This document shows positions 9,874-19,185 of a stretch of 64,000 nt of DNA, piece by piece. The notes under the pieces were generated by a model. That model ran no database searches, was not told where the DNA came from, and saw only the letters and a program-made list of their open reading frames with translations. This DNA comes from Trueperaceae bacterium (lineage in GTDB: Bacteria; Deinococcota; Deinococci; Deinococcales; Trueperaceae), in contig OZ243927.1 in the NCBI GenBank assembly GCA_965213925.1, positions 1,152,001-1,216,000 of the forward strand. The letters run 5' to 3'. The position numbers and the translations under genes are program-made. Numbering within the stretch: position 1 is the stretch's first letter; each line of letters opens with the position of its first letter.

Positions 9874-9889
9874 AGTGAGCTAGCTCACG
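9874..9889. promoter_or_regulatory. CRP-family-like box upstream of the pfpI cluster
   Basis: AGTGA-gctagc-TCACG; the core GTGAGCTAGCTCAC is a perfect palindrome. Confidence 0.4.
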
Positions 9890-9979
9890 CCAGAGAAATT
9901 GAGACTTCTTTCGTAAAAACTCAGAAAGAAGAAAAGAAGAGGTGAGAAGACCTCTTAATGTGAGGAAGGGCTCGAGCCC

Positions 9980-10870
9980 TCATCCAACTTGACCGAGTGG
10001 ATTCAGCGCCGGATTAAGCCCCGCCCGCTGCCTCACCGTATGTAAAACCATCTGCGGGTCCGCGTCTACCGTGCGCCTAAACGACTGACAGAGCGATTCG
10101 ACATCCTGCTCCAAAAGCTCCGGCGCGTGCTTGTTCTCTTTGACATTCACCATCTGAGGCACGTCGATAACGATCACACGTTTCTCCCACCACAAGAGAT
10201 TGTACGCCGAGTAGTCACCATGTATCTTGCCGAGTTTGAGTAAGTTCACCATGATGTCTAAGCTCTGCTCAAAAGCGTCTTCGGCTTCTTCTGGCTCGAG
10301 CCGCAAATCCGCGAGGCGCGGCGCAGCGACGCCCGTCTCGTCGCCGATAAACTCCATCAGCACGACGCGCCCGGCTTTCGCGCATTCGTTTAAGCCCGGA
10401 CCCACGGCGGGTTTCGGCACCGGGATGCCCGCCTCATGGAGTTCCCAAAGTTGGATGTATTCGTGCAAAATCCAGAGGGCTTGTTGCACGCTAAGGCCCG
10501 TGCGCGAACGTTGCGCGATCGCTTTCTCAATCTTAGCGTCGCCGATAAAGCGTCCGTCGCGGTACACCTGGTCGTTTTTGAACGAGCGCACCGCCATGTC
10601 GCTGTAGAGCTTAGCAGCGAGGAGTCCCTGCGGACCTTCGGCGAGGTAGACCGTCGCCTCCTTGCCGCTTTTAAGCTCGCCGATGAGTTCGTTCATCGCG
10701 CCGAGTTCAAAAACGTGCTGCAAGCCGGGTTCTTCGAAGCGGGGTTCGTTTTTCTCCTTGGTTTGCTCGAGTTCCTTGACCGAGCGCCGCCCCTTGGGTT
10801 TGCGGCGGTCTTTGCGTTTGGCAAAGGATTCTTCCATATCTTCAAAGTCATCATAATCGTAGTGGGGCAA
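9980..10870 (-). CDS. RIO-type serine/threonine kinase
   Basis: LKSGKEATVY, LMEFIG, IHGDYSAYNLL and VIDVPQ; TTG start with AGGAG SD. Confidence 0.9.
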   Translation of the reverse strand: MPHYDYDDFEDMEESFAKRKDRRKPKGRRSVKELEQTKEKNEPRFEEPGLQHVFELGAMNELIGELKSGKEATVYLAEGPQGLLAAKLYSDMAVRSFKNDQVYRDGRFIGDAKIEKAIAQRSRTGLSVQQALWILHEYIQLWELHEAGIPVPKPAVGPGLNECAKAGRVVLMEFIGDETGVAAPRLADLRLEPEEAEDAFEQSLDIMVNLLKLGKIHGDYSAYNLLWWEKRVIVIDVPQMVNVKENKHAPELLEQDVESLCQSFRRTVDADPQMVLHTVRQRAGLNPALNPLGQVG

Positions 10871-11012
10871 GTAAGTTCTCCTAACAAAAATGAATTAAAA
10901 GGTGTGCAAACATTAGGTAGCTTAGGCTACCCAGGCGTCAGTCACAACCTCATTTTGAGGCTGCGCGCGCAGCAAACTACACACGTCTAATTTTCGGGTT
11001 TAGGGTATGACG

Positions 11013-11087
11013 CTATCTAGCGAAATTCAACGAGAGGACGCGCCACGCCCGCGTGTATAGATTCGCTGTCAAGGTTCTTGTGGGCAT
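11013..11087 (-). CDS. Putative 24-aa leader peptide MPTRTLTANLYTRAWRVLSLNFAR
   Basis: SD-like AGGGGG 7 nt before the ATG; lies between a sigma70-like promoter and the RIO kinase gene. Confidence 0.45.
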   Translation of the reverse strand: MPTRTLTANLYTRAWRVLSLNFAR

Positions 11088-11117
11088 TGCGTCACCCCCT
11101 TTCTAAAGGTTGTTGTC

Positions 11118-11147
11118 AGTATGCGCCCACGTTACATGCTTTGTCAA
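11118..11147 (-). promoter_or_regulatory. sigma70-like promoter for the leader peptide and RIO kinase
   Basis: TTGACA (11147-11142), 18-nt spacer, CATACT (11123-11118). Confidence 0.6.
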
Positions 11148-11257
11148 CTTGTTTGAGGGCGCGATATTGGGGAAGCAGTTGAATATAACGTTCATCTAAC
11201 AGACATGTGCTAAAGTAATTCGAGCTACAAAATCAAGTACTGAGAGAGGAAGTTATT

Positions 11258-11461
11258 ATGACGAGAGGCAACCTTAGGAATGCTTTGATTGCTGGCGTAA
11301 TAGCCGCCGTGCTCTACATCCTCTTCTCAGCCTTGTTTGCCGAGGCGAGTGTTGGCTCGAGCCTCGTCACCTCTCTAATCTACGGCGTGGTGACTTTTGC
11401 GATTACGCTAATCGTCTCGAGTCTTCTTTCAAACCGCTCGAAAAACAAGCGCGATCCCTGA
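11258..11461 (+). CDS. Small two-TM membrane protein
   Basis: Two hydrophobic helices, basic C-terminus, GAGGA SD. Confidence 0.7.
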   Translation: MTRGNLRNALIAGVIAAVLYILFSALFAEASVGSSLVTSLIYGVVTFAITLIVSSLLSNRSKNKRDP

Positions 11462-11534
11462 CGCGTAAGCTCTCACGCTACATACTTCGCCGCCTCATCA
11501 TGGCTATGCTAATGGGCACTTTTGAGGAGGAATC

Positions 11535-12557
11535 ATGCACTACAAACGACTCGGCAACAGCGGTCTCATCGTCTCAGACCTCTCGCTCGGCACGATGATT
11601 TTCGGCGAAGAGGGTCCGAGAGGTACGTCCAAAGAGGACGCCACCAACATTATTCACCGCTTTTTGGATGCGGGCGGCAACTTCATCGACACGGCGGACG
11701 TTTACGTGGGCGGACGCTCCGAAGAGATCGTCGGCGAAGCGATTAAGGAGCGGCGCGATGAGGTCATCTTAGCGACGAAGGTGCGCTTCCCGACGGGAGA
11801 GGGCAAGAATGAGGTGGGACTTTCGCGCCACCACATTTTGAACGGCGTCAAAGAGAGCTTAAAGCGTCTGAACACGGACCGAATCGACCTCTTGTACGTG
11901 CATTGCTGGGACCCCTTTACGCCTTTAGAGGAAACCCTCCGCGCCCTAGATACCCTCGTCGAACACGAGCACGTGCGCTACATCGGCGTGTCGAACTTCA
12001 AGGCGTGGCAGCTCATGAAAGCGCTCAGCGTGAGCGACGCGCACGGCTGGAGCCGCTTCGTGGCGGGGCAGTATCAGTACAGCTTGGTCAAGCGCGACAT
12101 CGAGCATGAATTTAGCGACCTAGCGCTCTCCGAGGGCGTCGGACTCACGCCCTGGGGACCGCTCGGCGGCGGCTTCTTGTCGGGAAAATACAAGCGAGAC
12201 GAAAAACCCGAAAACCCGGAAGAGGGGCGCATCGCCACGACGGGCGACGCTAACGAGGAGTCGTGGGAACGCCGCAACACGGAGCAGAATTGGCGCATCT
12301 TAGAGGTTGTAGAAGAGGTCGCCCAAGCGCACGGCGCGAGCGTGCCGCAGGTGGCATTAGCTTGGTTGAGGCAAAGGGAAGAGGTCTCGAGCGTCATTTT
12401 GGGCGTAAGAACGATGGCGCAGTTAGAGGATAATTTGGGCGCGGCTGATCTGACGTTGAGCGAAGAGGAGAGGGCGAAGCTGGATGAGGTGAGCGCCTTG
12501 CCAGAACTCTACCCTTACCGGATGATTCGGGATTATGGAGCGCGGACGCTAGATTGA
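11535..12557 (+). CDS. Aldo/keto reductase
   Basis: LGTMIFG, FIDTADVY, ILATKV, IDLLYVH, IGVSNF and PWGPLGGGFLSGKY. Confidence 0.95.
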   Translation: MHYKRLGNSGLIVSDLSLGTMIFGEEGPRGTSKEDATNIIHRFLDAGGNFIDTADVYVGGRSEEIVGEAIKERRDEVILATKVRFPTGEGKNEVGLSRHHILNGVKESLKRLNTDRIDLLYVHCWDPFTPLEETLRALDTLVEHEHVRYIGVSNFKAWQLMKALSVSDAHGWSRFVAGQYQYSLVKRDIEHEFSDLALSEGVGLTPWGPLGGGFLSGKYKRDEKPENPEEGRIATTGDANEESWERRNTEQNWRILEVVEEVAQAHGASVPQVALAWLRQREEVSSVILGVRTMAQLEDNLGAADLTLSEEERAKLDEVSALPELYPYRMIRDYGARTLD

Positions 12558-12579
12558 GGGCGGGCTGGGGGCTTCAAAC

Positions 12580-12649
12580 GTAAGCAATGAGTAGAAAGTA
12601 AGCAATGAGTACCGAGCAATGAGTAAAAATCTTTCCCACTCATTGCTCG
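12580..12649. repeat. Three AGCAATGAGTA copies plus an inverted copy; probable bidirectional terminator hairpin
   Basis: Copies at 12583, 12601 and 12615. CGAGCAATGAGT (12613-12624) pairs with ACTCATTGCTCG (12638-12649). Lies between convergent genes. Confidence 0.75.
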
Positions 12650-12695
12650 CCGTTCGTCCAGCTTGACTGGATTGCTTTCAACTCGTTGCTTGTCC

Positions 12696-14156
12696 CTAAC
12701 CCACTCCCACCGACACATCCAGCACCAGGGGCACCAAGAAATACATCGCCAGAAACACAATGCCGATGGTCAATATGTTCAAGATTGCGCCCGCCTTCAC
12801 CATATCTTGAATGCGCAAGCCCTCGTACGCAAAGACGATGGCGTTGGGCGGTGTGGCGACGGGCATCATAAACGCCATCGACGCGGACACCGCAACCGGT
12901 ACGACGAGCAGCAAGGGGCTCTGCCCCAGCCCAACTGCCGCCGCGCCCATGATGGGCAAGAAGGTCGCCGCCGTCGCCGTGTTCGAGGTAAGTTCGGTCA
13001 GGAAGATGATTACCACGCTCACCACCAAGACGATGAGCCAGATGTTGATGTTTTGCAGTCCGCTGACGCCGTTGCCGATGGATTCCGCCAAGCCCGTACT
13101 GCCGAACGCACTTGCCAACGCCAAGCCGCCACCGAAGAGGAGCAGCACGCCCCAGGGGATGTCAGCGGCTGACGCCCAGTCGAGGGCGAACTCACGCTCT
13201 TTGAGTGAGACGGGAACGGCGAAAAGAGCAACGGACGCGGCGATGGCAACGCCCGTGTCGGAGAGGTTCAAGCCTAAAACTCCTGTGATAAAGTCGCCAG
13301 AAATCCAGCATAAAGCTGTGAGCACAAAGATGGTGAGGACGACCTTCTCACCCCGGCTCATCGCGCCGAGTTCGTCCACTTCATCTTGAATCACGTCGCT
13401 CGCGCCGCTGAGTTGCATCCCGCTAATCGGAAACGCGAAGCGCGTCAGCCACACCCAAACGACGGGTAGCATTACCAGCATAATCGGCACGCCGATGAGC
13501 ATCCAGGTGCTGAAGTTGATATTGACCTGATAGGTGTCCGACAAAAAGCTCGCCATGAGACCGTTCGGCGGGGTGCCGATGAGCGTGGCAACGCCGCCGA
13601 TCGAGGCGCTATAGGCAATTCCCAACATGAGCGCCACCCCGAAGTTGCGCACCTTCGCCGCGTCGTCGCTGTGGTCTTCGATGTAGTCGATTAAAGAGAT
13701 ACCCACCGCGAACATCATGACTGACGTCGCCGTGTTCGAAATCCACATGGACAAAAACGCCGTGGCGATCATGAACCCGCCGATGATGCCGCCTGGACTC
13801 GTCCCGACGACGCGCACGATGTTCAGCGCGATGCGGCGGTGCAGCCCCCAACGCTGCATGGCGGCGGCGATGAGAAAGCCGCCTAAGAAGAGGAAGATAA
13901 GGGGGTCGGCGTAGCTCGCGGCGATGGGGTCTTCCTCGGCGATACCCAAGAGAGGCATCATCGGAATCGGGATGAGGGCGGTCGCGGCGAGCGGGATGAC
14001 TTCGCTCAGCCACCACGTCGCCATCCAGAGCGTCAGCCCTACCAAGCGCCACGCAGGGTCGGAGAGACCCGCCGGGGCGGGGAAGATGAAAGGGATGACG
14101 CATAGCAGCGGTCCTGCTACGAGCGCGATGCGTCTGCCTAAGCCGAGTCCTTGCAT
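12696..14156 (-). CDS. SLC13/DASS family di/tricarboxylate or anion:sodium symporter
   Basis: SMWISNTAT, TLIGTPPN, TELTSNTAT and MPVATPPNAIVF motifs. Confidence 0.93.
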   Translation of the reverse strand: MQGLGLGRRIALVAGPLLCVIPFIFPAPAGLSDPAWRLVGLTLWMATWWLSEVIPLAATALIPIPMMPLLGIAEEDPIAASYADPLIFLFLGGFLIAAAMQRWGLHRRIALNIVRVVGTSPGGIIGGFMIATAFLSMWISNTATSVMMFAVGISLIDYIEDHSDDAAKVRNFGVALMLGIAYSASIGGVATLIGTPPNGLMASFLSDTYQVNINFSTWMLIGVPIMLVMLPVVWVWLTRFAFPISGMQLSGASDVIQDEVDELGAMSRGEKVVLTIFVLTALCWISGDFITGVLGLNLSDTGVAIAASVALFAVPVSLKEREFALDWASAADIPWGVLLLFGGGLALASAFGSTGLAESIGNGVSGLQNINIWLIVLVVSVVIIFLTELTSNTATAATFLPIMGAAAVGLGQSPLLLVVPVAVSASMAFMMPVATPPNAIVFAYEGLRIQDMVKAGAILNILTIGIVFLAMYFLVPLVLDVSVGVG

Positions 14157-14325
14157 AAGACCTCCTCTTAACCTCTAGTTTGTTAAGTAGGACACTTTAC
14201 GCTTAGGGGGGAAGGAGGTCAAGGCTCGAGGCTCAGTAAGGCGCACAGATTGTTAGTAGAGAACACTTGCCTGGATGTAACCAAACATTCAGAAATTGCT
14301 TATCGACCTGACACTATCTTGACAT

Positions 14326-14359
14326 ATAGACCACCATCTATTGATAGACTTTTATCTAT
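14326..14359. promoter_or_regulatory. Tandem ArsR-type operators overlapping the -10 element and start codon
   Basis: ATAGA-N6-TCTAT at 14326-14341 and 14344-14359; TTGACA at 14319; TAGACT at 14345. Confidence 0.65.
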
Positions 14360-14669
14360 GAGTTACTTATCCGATAAGTTCAAGGTGCTCGCGGACCCCA
14401 CGCGCCTCAGCATTCTCGAGTTTTTACACGCTCCTGTTCAAAGTTGTTGCTCCCGCGAAGAGGGCGTGTGCGGTTGCGATCTGGAAACCTTTTTAGGGCT
14501 CAAACAACCGACGATTAGCCATCACATGAAGCAGCTCGAGCGGGCGGGTTTCGTTACCGGAGAGCGGCGCGGACGTTGGGTCTTTTATGAACTGGTTCCT
14601 GGTGCTTTTAGAGAAGTTAAAGATGTGCTCGAGAGGTTTGAAGGCGTACCAGAAAAGGCGTGTTCCTAA
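14358..14669 (+). CDS. arsR: ArsR/SmtB family metalloregulator
   Basis: FKVLADPTRLSIL, SCC..VCGCDL, QPTISHHMKQL and RGRWVFY; start trimmed to ATG 14358. Confidence 0.88.
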   Translation: MSYLSDKFKVLADPTRLSILEFLHAPVQSCCSREEGVCGCDLETFLGLKQPTISHHMKQLERAGFVTGERRGRWVFYELVPGAFREVKDVLERFEGVPEKACS

Positions 14670-15122
14670 GTGCGCCTACTCGTTTTGTGTTCGCATAATT
14701 CTGCCCGTAGTCAGATGGCGGAAGGTTGGCTCAGACACTACGCTGAAACATTTGGCTTAGACGCTGAGGTTTTTTCGGCTGGTACTGAAAAGACCGCCGT
14801 GAAACCGGACGCGGTAACGGTCATGCAAGAGGTGGGCGTCGATTTGAGCGCTCATACCTCTAAAACCCTCGCAGACCTACCCGACATGTGGAACTTCGCC
14901 GTGGTCCTAACTGTTTGCGACAGCGCAAACGAAGCGTGTCCCGCTTATCCTGCCCGCACGACCCGCTTGCACGTCTCATTTCCTGACCCTTCAGGCGAAT
15001 CTTTGGACCGCTGGCGGGACGTTCGTGACGCTTTGAGAACGAGCTGCAAAACGCTTGTTGAAATGCTCAAAGCTGGTGATACTCCCACCGAGAAAGCGCT
15101 CAACCCGCAAGCGACGACGTGA
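14670..15122 (+). CDS. arsC: Arsenate reductase (LMW-PTP fold, thioredoxin type)
   Basis: CSHNSARSQMAE P-loop, TVCDSANEACP and FPDP. Confidence 0.9.
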   Translation: MRLLVLCSHNSARSQMAEGWLRHYAETFGLDAEVFSAGTEKTAVKPDAVTVMQEVGVDLSAHTSKTLADLPDMWNFAVVLTVCDSANEACPAYPARTTRLHVSFPDPSGESLDRWRDVRDALRTSCKTLVEMLKAGDTPTEKALNPQATT

Positions 15123-15820
15123 GCCTAAGAATCTGGTTGGCAGAACTTATCGGTACGTTTGCGCTCGTATTCGTAGGCGTCGCAGCGATAGCGTCAGGAG
15201 CAAGTAGTTTAGCGGTTGCGCTCGCTTTCGGCCTGACGGTTTCGGTGATGATTGCGGCTGTTGGAGCCCTCTCATTCGCCCACTTCAATCCCGCTGTGAC
15301 CGTCGGTTTTTGGGTGATGAGGCGCGTGAGCTTTCGAAACCTCTTACTCTACTGGAGCGCTGAACTTTCAGGGGCGGTGCTGGCTGTACTCTTACTGCGA
15401 ACGACTTATGGTTCAGAACGCCTGGACGCCGTTCGCTACGGCGCGACACTGCTTGCGCCCGAGGTATCCACTGCACAAGGCGTCGCCACAGAGGTTGTGC
15501 TAACGTTCTTTCTGATGTTTGTCATTGCGACCTGCGTCATCCAGAAACAGGCTCAGGCGGGTCTCTATATCGGTTTTACCGTAGCCTTGTGCGCGGTTGC
15601 AGGTGGCACGCTGACGGGCGCGTCCATGAACCCTGCGAGGAGCTTTGCACCCGCACTTTTTGCGGGAAGTTGGTCACAGCACTGGCTCTATTGGTTTGCG
15701 CCTATACTTGGAGCGATTTTGGCCTCGCTTATGGCAACGTATCTGTGGCAGCCTAAACCTAAGTTGGAAGCGGGGCAAAGTTCGGCGTTACAGCGAGTTA
15801 GTGATTCGAAAAGGGTATAG
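15119..15820 (+). CDS. MIP family aquaporin/aquaglyceroporin (probable arsenite channel)
   Basis: AELIGTF, HFNPAVT and SMNPARSF; GTGA overlap with arsC. Confidence 0.9.
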   Translation: MSLRIWLAELIGTFALVFVGVAAIASGASSLAVALAFGLTVSVMIAAVGALSFAHFNPAVTVGFWVMRRVSFRNLLLYWSAELSGAVLAVLLLRTTYGSERLDAVRYGATLLAPEVSTAQGVATEVVLTFFLMFVIATCVIQKQAQAGLYIGFTVALCAVAGGTLTGASMNPARSFAPALFAGSWSQHWLYWFAPILGAILASLMATYLWQPKPKLEAGQSSALQRVSDSKRV

Positions 15821-15858
15821 CTTAGAGAAGAAAGCTGCTTAGAGGCTACAATAAAAAT

Positions 15859-16659
15859 ATGGAAGTCTACTTAGGCACCGGCGGCTACTCCAACGACGAC
15901 TGGCTCGGCAAACTCTACCCCGAGGGCACAAAATCCTCGGATTATCTAGGCATCTACGCCCAGCACTTCAACGCCGTCGAACTCAACAGCAGCTTCTACG
16001 CCATCCCTGGCTTAAAAGCCTTCGAGGGCATGGTGCGCAAGAGCGAGGCGAAGGTGCGTTTCGCGGTGAAACTCAACAAGGTGATAACGCACGACCGGAA
16101 GGCGGACGCGGAGCTTTACAAGAGGATGCTCGAGTCCGTTCAACCCTTACGCGACGCCGGAATGCTCGGACCCTTCTTAGCGCAGTTCCCTTACTCCTTT
16201 CACCGCACCCCTGAAAATCGTAAGTATTTGGCGGGCTTAGTCGAGCACTTCAAAGACGAGCGCTTAGCCGTCGAGTTTCGCAATCAACAGTGGGACATGG
16301 ATGAGGTGAGGGAAAGCTTCAAGGAGATGGGTCTCGTTTATGTGAGCGTGGACTATCCGCAGGTGAGCGGGATGCCTGCGCCGCAGCTCTACCTTACCTC
16401 GGATACGGCGTACGTGAGGATGCACGGGCGCAACGAGAAGAATTGGTACGGCGGCGATAGCGCGGCGGCGCGGCACGACTATCTTTACAACAAAGATGAA
16501 CTGCGCGAGTGGGTCACGGATATTCTAGCGCGGCAAGAGGAACTCACGCAGGTCTACGTCATGATGATGAACACGACGAAAGGTCACGCCCTTAAAAATT
16601 TGGCGACGCTCAAAACGCTCTTTGAAGAGGGTGGCGTCGAGGTGGGCATCAATCCTTAG
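15859..16659 (+). CDS. DUF72 domain protein
   Basis: GTGGYS, AVELNSSFY, LAQFPYSF, AVEFRN, YVRMHGRN and DYLY. Confidence 0.9.
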   Translation: MEVYLGTGGYSNDDWLGKLYPEGTKSSDYLGIYAQHFNAVELNSSFYAIPGLKAFEGMVRKSEAKVRFAVKLNKVITHDRKADAELYKRMLESVQPLRDAGMLGPFLAQFPYSFHRTPENRKYLAGLVEHFKDERLAVEFRNQQWDMDEVRESFKEMGLVYVSVDYPQVSGMPAPQLYLTSDTAYVRMHGRNEKNWYGGDSAAARHDYLYNKDELREWVTDILARQEELTQVYVMMMNTTKGHALKNLATLKTLFEEGGVEVGINP

Positions 16660-16875
16660 ACCCGCCGCGGCTCCCGCGAGCCGCCCCTACACTTTAGACG
16701 TAAGGCTTTCTCGAGTCACCTCTATCCTGTTAGACTGGGCAGCGACACTCGAGTGAGATAGTTCACGCACTGCACCGTCCTTGTCGTGCGGTTTCTATCT
16801 CGCGAACGAATCTATAGGAGGTTGGGTGACGTGAGCGATATGTGGCGGGGTCTATAGCAAGATGACCGTACTTTT

Positions 16876-19185
16876 ATGAACGCACAGATACTTCTTTTCG
16901 CGGCGGTCTTTTCGCCCTTCATCGCGGCGCTGCTCGCACCTTTAGTGGCGACTGTCCTCAAGGCGAGAACGGGGCTTTTGCTCGCGCTCTCGTTCGTGCC
17001 GGGGCTCTGGCTGGCGACGCTCTCGGACGCGGCAAAGTCGGAGAATCCGGCGGTGGCGAACCTCGAGTGGGTGCCCGGCATCGACCTAGCCCTCACCTTC
17101 CGCGCCGACGGCTACTCGCTGCTGTTCGCGCTCGTAGTCTCGGGCATCGGCACGCTAATCATGCTTTACGCCTCGGCGTATCTGGGCAAGGGCGAGCGCT
17201 ACGGGCGCTTCTACAGCTACTTGCTCCTCTTCGGCGGCGCGATGATGGGGCTTGTTCTGACGGATAATTTAGTCGCGCTGTTCGCCTTCTGGGAGCTAAC
17301 CTCGATTGCCTCCTTCTTGCTGATCGGCTACTGGGACTTCCGCAAGGCGTCGCAAGACGGCGCGATGAAGGCGATGCTGATTACCGCCATCGGCGGCTTA
17401 GCGCTTCTCGTCGGTGTGGTGCTCCTGAGCATTGCAGGCGGCAGCGGGCGGCTTTCGGAACTCGACTTAGTCGCTATTCAAGAATCGCCTCTTTTCCTCC
17501 CTGCCGCACTGCTCCTCCTTCTAGCGGCGATGACCAAGTCGGCGCAGGTTCCTTTTCACCTCTGGTTGCCCACGGCGATGGAAGCGCCTACGCCTATTTC
17601 GGCTTACTTGCACTCCGCGACGATGGTTAAAGCGGGCGTGCTTTTGGTGGCGAAGTTGGGACCCTTTTTTGTCGGCACGGTGTTCTCGACTGCCCTTCTG
17701 TTCATCGGTCTGGCGACGATGTTCTGGGGTTCGTATCTCGCCATTCGGCAGTACGACCTTAAGGCGCTCCTGGCGTATTCAACCGTCTCGCAGCTCGGTA
17801 TTTTGATGGCGCTCTACGGCGCGGGGCATCCGTTTGCGGCGACCGCGCACCTCATCAACCACGCGGCGTTCAAGGCGACGCTCTTTATGGTGGTGGGCAT
17901 CATCGACCACGAGACGGGCAGCCGCGACCTGCGCAACCTCTCGGGGCTCATGCGCAAATTTCCCGTGGTCTTTGCGTTGGCACTCCCGGCGACGCTTTCG
18001 ATGGCGGGCTTGCCTCCTTTCGGCGGCTTTATCTCTAAGGAGCTTTTTTACGGAGAGATGCTCCATGAAGGATTCTTGCCGATGTTCATCGCGGTCACGG
18101 GCAGCATGATGACGTTCGCGTACAGCTTGCGCTTTTTAGATGTCTTCTGGGGTGAGTTGAAGATGGAGAAGCCCGACGTTCACCGCCCCTCGCTGAGCTT
18201 CTGGCTGCCCGTGACGCCGCTCGTCTTGGGCGTGCTCGCGTTCGGTCTCTTACCCGCCACCGCGACGTGGCTCACGAACCTCGCCGCGCCGTCTTTGGGT
18301 TTCGAGCCGCACGACCTCTACCTCTGGCACGGCTTTTCGCTCGCCTTATGGCTCTCCTTACTGACCTGGGCGGTCGGTTTCGCCATCTACTGGTTTCAAG
18401 GACGCTTCACCTTGGTGCAAGAGGCGCTCACGCCCTCGTGGAACGTCAACACGATTTACTACGCCTCGGTGCGGGGTTTAGAGGGGCTCTCCAATTTCGT
18501 TACGAACCACACGCAGAACACGAGTTTCGCCAACCACGTGCGCCTCATCTGGATTCCCTTTGCGCTGGCGGGGCTCGTGTTCGGGTGGCGCGCTCTACCA
18601 CCAGCGTTTGGCACTCAGGTTAGCCCGGTACCTTTAGAGTTCATCGTGCCCGCGCTCTTGGTACTTTCGGGTGCGGGAGGGCTGCTGGTCTCGAGAACCC
18701 GCCTCAGCGCTCTTATCTTCATGGGCTTAGCAGGGCTCTCGTCGGCGGCGATTTTCGTCATGCTCCGCGCCCCCGACCTGGCGCTCACGCAGCTCCTCAT
18801 CGAGACGGTCACGGTCATCTTGTTCTTGGCGGTCTTTCGCTATTTGCCGCAACTCACGCGCTACACGCGCTCCAAAGCGAGCGCGGCGTTCGACATGCTC
18901 TTAGCGTCGTCCGTCGGGCTGACGGTCTTCACCACGCTCGTCGCGGTGCAGACGCCCATCGCCGAGCGGCTCAAGGACTGGTTTCTGGAGAACAGCAAGA
19001 AGGGCGGCGGGGGCAACAACGTCGTCAACGTGATCCTGGTGGACTTTCGCGGCTACGACACGATGGGGGAGATTACCGTGCTCGCCGTCGTGGGCGTGTC
19101 GGTCTACGCGCTCCTCAAAATGAAAACCGCGCCTATTGCAGAAGACGCATCTTCACAAGAAGAGAGGGGGGACGAAGGTGGCTGA
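16876..19185 (+). CDS. mrpA: Mrp Na+/H+ antiporter subunit A
   Basis: FWELTSIASFLLIGYW, TKSAQVPFHLWLPTAMEAPTP..LHSATMVKAG and NVILVDFRGYDTMGE. Confidence 0.93.
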   Translation: MNAQILLFAAVFSPFIAALLAPLVATVLKARTGLLLALSFVPGLWLATLSDAAKSENPAVANLEWVPGIDLALTFRADGYSLLFALVVSGIGTLIMLYASAYLGKGERYGRFYSYLLLFGGAMMGLVLTDNLVALFAFWELTSIASFLLIGYWDFRKASQDGAMKAMLITAIGGLALLVGVVLLSIAGGSGRLSELDLVAIQESPLFLPAALLLLLAAMTKSAQVPFHLWLPTAMEAPTPISAYLHSATMVKAGVLLVAKLGPFFVGTVFSTALLFIGLATMFWGSYLAIRQYDLKALLAYSTVSQLGILMALYGAGHPFAATAHLINHAAFKATLFMVVGIIDHETGSRDLRNLSGLMRKFPVVFALALPATLSMAGLPPFGGFISKELFYGEMLHEGFLPMFIAVTGSMMTFAYSLRFLDVFWGELKMEKPDVHRPSLSFWLPVTPLVLGVLAFGLLPATATWLTNLAAPSLGFEPHDLYLWHGFSLALWLSLLTWAVGFAIYWFQGRFTLVQEALTPSWNVNTIYYASVRGLEGLSNFVTNHTQNTSFANHVRLIWIPFALAGLVFGWRALPPAFGTQVSPVPLEFIVPALLVLSGAGGLLVSRTRLSALIFMGLAGLSSAAIFVMLRAPDLALTQLLIETVTVILFLAVFRYLPQLTRYTRSKASAAFDMLLASSVGLTVFTTLVAVQTPIAERLKDWFLENSKKGGGGNNVVNVILVDFRGYDTMGEITVLAVVGVSVYALLKMKTAPIAEDASSQEERGDEGG

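Noticed and set aside
11008..11025. Radiation/desiccation response motif (RDRM)
   Set aside because: TGACGCT-atct-AGCGAAA has a 4-nt spacer and mismatches relative to the 17-bp palindrome.
12580..12649. Mini CRISPR array
   Set aside because: The repeats are 11 nt with 3-7 nt gaps, there are no spacer-sized sequences, and no cas genes are present.
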